A DNA stretch of 62,998 nucleotides, filler included, from Stramenopiles sp. TOSAG23-2 (taxonomy: Eukaryota), in NCBI GenBank assembly GCA_900128395.1. It is 11 parts of 11 records of this genome, joined end to end, with 100 filler letters (N's around TTAATTAATTAA, not from the genome) between each part and the next. Parts side by side here need not be neighbours in the genome. Positions count along the whole stretch, not along the records: positions 60,159 to 61,528 come from LT653064.1; positions 61,629 to 62,998 come from LT653065.1; 9 more parts are not named here. One strand, 5' to 3'. Shown here in pieces: positions 60,184-62,998 of the stretch. Below the pieces are notes generated by a model. That model ran no database searches, was not told where the DNA came from, and worked only from the letters and a program-made list of their open reading frames with translations. A program made the position numbers and the translations under genes. Numbering within the stretch: the first letter of the stretch is position 1; each line of letters starts with the position of its first letter.

Positions 60184-61404
60184 TTACTCAATGACAATAA
60201 CTTCATGTTGTTGATTTAAATTATTGTTTTCAGTATCATCTAATTGCTTTTGTCTTAATTCAATAGATGATGATGCTGATAATGATGTAATATCATTATT
60301 TTTTTTCTTACTAGTCGTCTTCTTCAATGTTAATTTACGTTTCACTAGACGGCTATTCTTCCTCTTCTTCTTCCCATCATCAACATTTTTATTATTTAAA
60401 TTGCGACGATATGGAGATTGCCTTGGTGTGATTTTCTTACTACCTCGAACGATCATATTGCTCCATTTCACTGGAGATTCACAAAATATACATTTACCAT
60501 TCTTTGGTAACAATGACAATGGATCGTTTTCCAATATTTTCTCAGACATACATATTAAATGACCTTTTACATGGCAATGTGGGCATCTTGCATAACCATT
60601 GATTGAATCTAATACATCATCACAGAATACACAATGATCTATGTTCACATTTAAATTGTTCGGCCAATCCATCATTGTTGCATTGCTTTCTTCATTTTGA
60701 ATTGCAGTACATCGTCTTAATGACAATGAAGGTACTTGTTCCTGCGTTATTGATGGAATGCGATGTGTTTCCAATGTTGATCCATCCTCCTCATCATCTT
60801 GATATACTTTTAAATGATCTAAAGAACCAATACTAACCTTTACACTATGTTTTAATGGGGTAAAATCCGTGATTCCATTTACAATTGTATTACTACGAGA
60901 TGATAATTTTTTTCCACCACCACCACCACCATCACCTTTACGTTGTTTTTTCCTTCTTCTTCTAGTCCCTGTATTGTTATTTACAATATCATCCCATAAA
61001 TTGACTACATCCTGATGTTGGCAATGGATCGATAAACCATAATTTTTGAACGGTTCAATTGATAATAATATAGCTAATAATTCCATTTTATTATTGAAGC
61101 CATACTTCTTTGTTTTACCAACGTATCCTTTTAACAATCTGGATCTATTTGGGTTTGTCCAAGCATATTCAAATTGCAATGCACTAACTTTATTTGGAAA
61201 ACCTTCAACGACAGTTGCCATATCCCATGGTCTTTTTTTACGAGTACGGAATGCTCCACCTGAAATAATACCATTATGTTGTCGTATTCTTCGTTTCGGA
61301 TGTACAGCAAAACCGATATATGTGGATTTTGGATGTTTTACATTTAAAGATCGCAATAAATAACACATGAAATATTTTGCAGCAGTACTTGTAGTTGTAC
61401 TCAT
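60184..61404 (-). CDS. SLX1: Structure-specific endonuclease SLX1 (GIY-YIG + RING-like)
   Basis: CYLLRS...TYIGF..HPKRRIRQHNG...GGA.RT...RPW...ALQFEYAW; C-terminal C..C/C..C..H..C/C..C..W. Confidence 0.93.
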   Translation of the reverse strand: MSTTTSTAAKYFMCYLLRSLNVKHPKSTYIGFAVHPKRRIRQHNGIISGGAFRTRKKRPWDMATVVEGFPNKVSALQFEYAWTNPNRSRLLKGYVGKTKKYGFNNKMELLAILLSIEPFKNYGLSIHCQHQDVVNLWDDIVNNNTGTRRRRKKQRKGDGGGGGGKKLSSRSNTIVNGITDFTPLKHSVKVSIGSLDHLKVYQDDEEDGSTLETHRIPSITQEQVPSLSLRRCTAIQNEESNATMMDWPNNLNVNIDHCVFCDDVLDSINGYARCPHCHVKGHLICMSEKILENDPLSLLPKNGKCIFCESPVKWSNMIVRGSKKITPRQSPYRRNLNNKNVDDGKKKRKNSRLVKRKLTLKKTTSKKKNNDITSLSASSSIELRQKQLDDTENNNLNQQHEVIVIE

Positions 61405-62043
61405 TTTAATTAATTCCAGCAATTATATAATTCTTTTTTCAAAATTTAATAAATAAAAATGATTTATTTATTTATTTTTTAGTAACCTTGTATTGTATAT
61501 ATATAATTATTTTATTTTATAATTATTGNNNNNNNNNNNNNNNNNNNNNNNNNNNNNNNNNNNNNNNNNNNNTTAATTAATTAANNNNNNNNNNNNNNNN
61601 NNNNNNNNNNNNNNNNNNNNNNNNNNNNAGTATAGTCTAATTTACATATTTTTGTTAGAATACTTAAAACTATAGTATGGAGATTTTTTGTTATTTTCTA
61701 TAGTAATGAAATTGTTCCCTATGAAGTTTTTTTTAATATATGGAAATAGCATTGTATAAATTAGCATGGACAGAGCACTTTCAACATTTTACACTTGAAA
61801 ATGGTGTTTTTCTGCCATGTTTTCTGTTTTTCATTTCCTATCATATTTATACTAAATATCGTCCTTTTCATATACTCAGTAGATTTGTAGTGTTTTATAT
61901 ATTTGATAGGCCAAATTAGGTATTTTTTGTACTTGAGAGAAGGGTAAAACATTTTCTATTTTATTTTTTACGCCAATTTTGAAGAATTTACAAATATCGT
62001 ACAAAACAAAATATCTTGTACAAAATATCGTATACAAAATAAT

Positions 62044-62879
62044 TTAATCATTTAATGCACACAACATGGCAACACCTTGCAAAATCCAATAAGATGGACC
62101 ACGTCCTTCAGGTGTTGGAATATCCACAGGTAAAATGTAATTAGTAGACATACCAGTTGTAGACAGCGCACCAGAGCGTGTAGATGTTTTGTATGTTGGA
62201 CATGGATAAGCTCCACTATCTTCATATTCCCAAATTTGTGCTTTTGTAAGATCTTGGTTTGGTAAGAAAAAATCCAATAAGATGGACCACGTCCTTCAGG
62301 TGTGGGAATATCCACAGGTAAAATGTAATTAGTAGACATACCAGTTGTAGACAGCGCACCAGAGCGTGTAGATGTTTTGTATGTTGGACATGGATAAGCT
62401 CCACTATCTTCATATTCCCAAATTTGTGCTTTTGTAAGATCTTGGTTTGGTAAGAAATGTATCACAGGCATCTGGTCATATAATTTGCCAGGAAGTGAAT
62501 CATTAATACATTGAAGTTCACGATCCCATCTGGCACCATCTAAATACAAGCCATTGCACAACACACCATCATCTGGCATATTTTCGTCTAAAACATCTTC
62601 CGGTCCTTCTTCCCGTCTAATTTCGTATGTAAATTGTAACTCATCGATTGGGAGTTGATATTTACGTGCATGATTCTGTAAAGCTCCAGTCATAAAACCT
62701 TGTGGAAAATAGACATATGGAAGCGCAAAAACTTTTGGCCGCCCATTTACCAACCAACTTTGCATAAACTCAACTCGGGCAATTAAATTCAAGAACCACG
62801 ACGCTAATGGTTTCAAGGAAGGATATGCTATCAGAGCCCAGTTATCAGGAACAACATTGTTCGTAAAACATACATACAT
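62044..62879 (-). CDS. Dynein heavy chain C-terminal domain (axonemal type), fragment with a ~188-bp duplication
   Basis: YPSLKPLASW, FPQGFMTGALQNHARKY..PID, GLYLDGARWD, YPCPTYKT..R.G.LSTTGMSTNY, WILQGVAMLC. Confidence 0.92.
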
Positions 62880-62998
62880 ATTGTCCAGTTCGTCAGTATT
62901 CAGTACATTCTCACAATTTAATGATTAAAAACCAAAAGAAAGAAGCAAGTAAAAGAACAAGATTACCGAATAAGCAATTTAAAGTAAACGTATAAATA

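Noticed and set aside
60184-61404. GIY-YIG nuclease as a Penelope element or homing endonuclease
   Set aside because: Motifs and the RING-like domain match cellular SLX1; no reverse transcriptase
1-62998. Gene cluster or operon-like system across the window, e.g. ubiquitin/proteasome or ciliary genes together
   Set aside because: The contigs are concatenated, apparently by size, so adjacency is artificial

Overview
AT-rich eukaryotic DNA in the standard genetic code, intron-poor, with many poly-Asn/Asp proteins. The organism is a flagellated protist (IFT56/TTC26, axonemal-type dynein heavy chain), most plausibly a marine stramenopile single-cell or metagenome assembly; that taxonomy is inference. 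The window is not one locus. It is 11 contigs (nine of 6.56-6.60 kb, two of 1370 bp) joined by artificial 100-bp N44-TTAATTAATTAA-N44 linkers, so synteny across linkers means nothing. Housekeeping genes include OTU1/YOD1, a class-III aminotransferase, a BMT5-like methyltransferase, TTC26, CCDC12, a Tubby-like protein, a Ulp1-like protease, RPT6, SLX1 and the dynein C-terminus. There are also members of apparently expanded modular families (Cys-rich surface repeat, ankyrin, LRR, PMP-like). Most notable are: (1) a diverged ~0.9-kb non-coding dispersed element whose two copies are each bracketed by their own co-varying palindromes; (2) a gustatory-receptor-like 7TM ion-channel candidate; (3) a Cys-rich ectodomain module shared by a secreted protein missing from the ORF track and a TM+GYF receptor-like protein; (4) a GC-rich, foreign-looking NAD(P)-binding gene; (5) RCC1-pseudoRasGAP and ankyrin-choline-kinase fusions; (6) several MITE/foldback elements. 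The many 80-190 bp tandem duplications are probably assembly artefacts. All family calls come from motif recognition by eye; no database searches were run.
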